Origin: Bacillota bacterium | GTDB lineage: Bacteria > Bacillota > Clostridia > Christensenellales > SZUA-584 | Length of the DNA: 49,560 nucleotides | NCBI GenBank assembly: GCA_023436525.1 | Contig: JAEZIW010000088.1 | Location: 1 to 49,560 of the forward strand | Direction of reading: 5' to 3' | Shown: positions 47,064 through 49,560 of the stretch, in pieces | How the letters are laid out: each line of letters opens with the position of its first letter | How positions within the stretch are numbered: position 1 is the first letter of the stretch | Made by a program: the position numbers and the translations under genes | Notes under the pieces: generated by a model | Told to the model about the DNA's origin: nothing | Seen by the model: only the letters and a program-made list of their open reading frames with translations | Database searches by the model: none

Positions 47064-47702
47064 ATGGCTGTTTTACGAGTGAACCCGACGCGCATGGAGT
47101 TAACCAAGCTCAAGAAACGCTTGGTAACGGCCACGCGGGGGCACAAGCTGCTCAAAGATAAGCGCGACGAAATGGTGCGCCAGTTTATGCTGCTGATACG
47201 CCGCAACAAAGCGCTGCGCGAAGAGGTGGAGGCGGCGCTGAGTGCCGCGCTTTCAGGCTTTGTGCTGGCGCGCGTTGCGATGAGCAAAGAAACGATGGAC
47301 GAAGCGTTGATGTACCCGGTGCGCGAGGTGGATTTATCTATCAGCCGCGCGAACATTATGAGCGTCGACGTACCGAAAATAAGCTACAGCGAAAAGAAGC
47401 AGGAGCGCTCATTCTTCCCGTACGGCCTGCTATCCACCTCGGCTGAACTGGATAACGCAACAACCAAGCTTTCCGGCGTGCTGCCGCAGATGGTGGAGCT
47501 CGCGGAGCTTGAAAAAACGTGCAACATGCTGGCTGACGAAATCGAAAAAACACGCCGACGCGTGAACGCGCTGGAATACGTGATGATTCCGCAGCTGCAG
47601 GAGACAATACGCTATATTCGCATGAAGCTGGATGAAAACGAGCGCGGCAACTTAACGCGCCTGATGAAAACGAAGGACATGATTGCGAAGCGGGAAGCCT
47701 AA
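47064..47702 (+). CDS. ntpD: V-type ATP synthase subunit D
   Basis: VNPTRMELTKLKKRL..A.RGHKLLKDKRDE, and C-terminal RRVNALEYVMIP. Confidence 0.94.
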   Translation: MAVLRVNPTRMELTKLKKRLVTATRGHKLLKDKRDEMVRQFMLLIRRNKALREEVEAALSAALSGFVLARVAMSKETMDEALMYPVREVDLSISRANIMSVDVPKISYSEKKQERSFFPYGLLSTSAELDNATTKLSGVLPQMVELAELEKTCNMLADEIEKTRRRVNALEYVMIPQLQETIRYIRMKLDENERGNLTRLMKTKDMIAKREA

Positions 47703-47746
47703 TACAAAGGAGGGGTGACTCTCCATTTTTGGAGGATGGGACAGAC

Positions 47747-48241
47747 ATGAAAACAAAATTGCTATGTCTGGTGCTGATTTTCATACCGCTGCTGCTGATG
47801 CTCGGCTGCGATACGATTAAAACAACTGCATCGGCAAGCGACAATGCTGCGCCCACACAATGCCCGTATGATGGCAGCATCATCAGCGGTTTGCTCGACC
47901 GCGTTGTCGCTTCACCAAACAAGGTGGAATCGTTCCCGGTGAAGATCACCAGCGCCGAGCTTGTGCGGCAGGGCTGCCTCATCCATTATGACAAGCTCGC
48001 TTTCAACGAAAACTACAAACGCGGCAGTACCGACCCAGACGAATCTTTTTTTACGAATGACGAAGAGGTTGATGAACAGACGGTGGTGACCGGTGCGTAT
48101 TTGAACAGCTCAAAGGTTAAGTCTCCGTATTTGGATAAGGTTTTTGTGCAATACATATCGGGCAAAAAAAGCGGCGCGTCTTTTACGCTGTATTGGCTGG
48201 ACGGTCAGGTGATATTCGTCAGCGAGATCATAATACAATGA
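47747..48241 (+). CDS. Hypothetical lipoprotein
   Basis: Signal peptide with lipobox LLLMLGC. ATG at 47747 follows ggagga. Confidence 0.7.
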   Translation: MKTKLLCLVLIFIPLLLMLGCDTIKTTASASDNAAPTQCPYDGSIISGLLDRVVASPNKVESFPVKITSAELVRQGCLIHYDKLAFNENYKRGSTDPDESFFTNDEEVDEQTVVTGAYLNSSKVKSPYLDKVFVQYISGKKSGASFTLYWLDGQVIFVSEIIIQ

Positions 48242-48278
48242 GCAATTAACAATTAAAAATGATGAATTAAGAATGAAG

Positions 48279-48306
48279 GACGCTTCGATATCGGAGCGTT
48301 TTTTGT
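48279..48306 (+). terminator. Intrinsic terminator of the lipoprotein gene
   Basis: cgcttc-gatatc-ggagcg followed by ttttttt. Confidence 0.7.
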
Positions 48307-48384
48307 ATTGTTGTTTGTAAATCCAATCCTCAGTCAGCAAAGCTGACAGCTCCATTTAAAAGGAGCTCAAAGATTGTGTTAACC

Positions 48385-48615
48385 GCTGCTGCGTTTATCG
48401 CGGCATACGCCGCCAAAAGGATTCTTTTTTTCAATATGGATTCTTTTGTTGATATCATCGAAAAGAATGGCATCAAAAAGAACTCTAGCAAATTTTGAAT
48501 ATGAATGAGTGTTCTTCAAACCACCGACCAAAAAAAGATACCTGTACCCCGAAGGGTAAGAGTCGCTTCAATTACCGTTTACAAAAACACAGAGCGATTC
48601 GAAGATCGCTCGACC
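48385..48615 (-). repeat. Repeat cluster C: third locus of the dispersed repeat family
   Basis: Reverse complement of 48530-48564 reads gactcttacccttcggggtacaggtatcttttttt. gccgccaaaaggattcttttttt (48409-48431) matches 22104-22126. acaaaaacacagagcgattcgaagatcgctc (48581-48611) matches the reverse complement of 11864-11894. Confidence 0.7.
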
Positions 48616-48655
48616 ATGCAAGTGGTATCAAAACAACCGATAAGCAGACATCGAC

Positions 48656-48772
48656 GTTGTCATCCCGAGCTTGTCGACTACGAAATGGATGGGGAACCCA
48701 TGGCTAACTGAACATGGGCTGCTATTCCACTACGTAGTCGACTCCGTTACACTCCTCTCAGCATGACAGCAA
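48656..48772. repeat. Long imperfect inverted repeat / ~115-nt hairpin
   Basis: Nested arms are tgtcat/atgaca, gag/ctc, gtcgactacg/cgtagtcgac (10 bp), tgga/tcca and cccatg/catggg. Confidence 0.5.
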
Positions 48773-48821
48773 TCGCGATTGCGTCACGATCCGCTCGGTG
48801 TAATAAAAGGAAGTCTTTTCA

Positions 48822-49560
48822 CTACATCACGAGCGTACCGTTATTTGTGTGCTGAATCATGAAGATATCCTCCTGCACGCCTGTCTGCGCGTTGATGTAA
48901 ACGATATAATCATGGCTGTCCATGGTGCACGTAAACTCCCAGCACACTTTTTCTTCGCCCGTGTTCGTTGGAATCAGCGCGAGGCGCGCATTGCTCACCG
49001 CCAAACCGGCAGTCAGCATCGGCTGCGTCTGCTCCTGCGTCAGCACCGGAGGGGTTAGTGTACGCGCTTTGTGCGACATTAAGTAGTTATGCGCATCAAT
49101 GCCCTTAACCGTTGCTGTCGGTATATCCACCCAAACCTTGATGAGATCAGGATAAAGCACGATATTGTCCTGTATCGGTGCGAGGTTGATCACCGCCATA
49201 CCGTCATAAAACTGCGCATAGCTCGCCGCACTCGGCCCATACCCTTTATCAATCAAATACTGCTGCGCTGCCGCTGAGAGCTGATTGTATTTTTCGTCGG
49301 TGGGGATGGCTGATATACCGCCGTCAGTCGATTCCATGTACCACAGCACTTGTGAGCCCTGTTTGCTGATATATATTTCAAAATCTTTGCCGTTTTGAAT
49401 TCCCTTAAACCCAAAGCTCGGAATGATGCCGTTCTCCTCGCCCGCATCAGTCAGCGCCGATGCGTCCAGCCCCAAAAACTGAGCGGCTGTATTGGCGGCT
49501 TGTTCTCGCGATACCTCAAAAGCGCCCAGCCCCTCGGGCATCTTGTTTTCAGTACTTTCC
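48822..49560 (-). CDS. ypeB: Germination protein YpeB (C-terminal part; ORF open to the window edge)
   Basis: Two PepSY-like modules and YpeB-like strings (FGFKG...FEIYISK, MAVINLAPIQDNIVLYPDLIKVWV, YIVYINAQTGVQEDI). No stop lies upstream of M49541 in frame. Confidence 0.8.
   Translation of the reverse strand, partial: ESTENKMPEGLGAFEVSREQAANTAAQFLGLDASALTDAGEENGIIPSFGFKGIQNGKDFEIYISKQGSQVLWYMESTDGGISAIPTDEKYNQLSAAAQQYLIDKGYGPSAASYAQFYDGMAVINLAPIQDNIVLYPDLIKVWVDIPTATVKGIDAHNYLMSHKARTLTPPVLTQEQTQPMLTAGLAVSNARLALIPTNTGEEKVCWEFTCTMDSHDYIVYINAQTGVQEDIFMIQHTNNGTLVM

Overview
This window looks like a chromosomal segment from a spore-forming Clostridia-type Firmicute (my inference from gene content; about 55% GC by eye). 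It is mostly housekeeping: SAM riboswitch-metK, recD2-comFC, an aminotransferase, a GldA/F/G-like ABC transporter, rqcP-ispDF, leuS, preQ1 riboswitch-queT, recF, rpiB-upp, a complete nine-gene V-type ATPase operon, and a partial ypeB. A small detox/redox accessory cluster (GNAT, YdeI, flavodoxin, MarR, nitroreductase, HxlR, MFS) and two short low-GC islets carrying orphan small proteins are also present. I found no tRNA or rRNA genes, CRISPR arrays, transposases, integrases, or recognisable defence or toxin multi-gene systems. I cannot point to a convincing new protein-coding system. The best candidate for undescribed biology is non-coding. It is a modular, dispersed repeat family with at least six core copies at three loci (11.6, 22.0 and 48.4 kb). 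Each unit has two hairpins, and the conserved core hairpin usually carries a C(UUCG)G tetraloop followed by a T-run. One locus is inverted relative to another, and there the element cannot be acting as a gene terminator. Other unexplained non-coding features are a ~115-nt imperfect hairpin at 48.7 kb, a ~224-bp insertion or duplication in the leuS terminator, an unclassified terminator-containing leader upstream of an MFS transporter, and a duplicated intergenic module at 1.85 and 3.35 kb. All calls come from reading the sequence and ORF translations by eye; no database searches were run.
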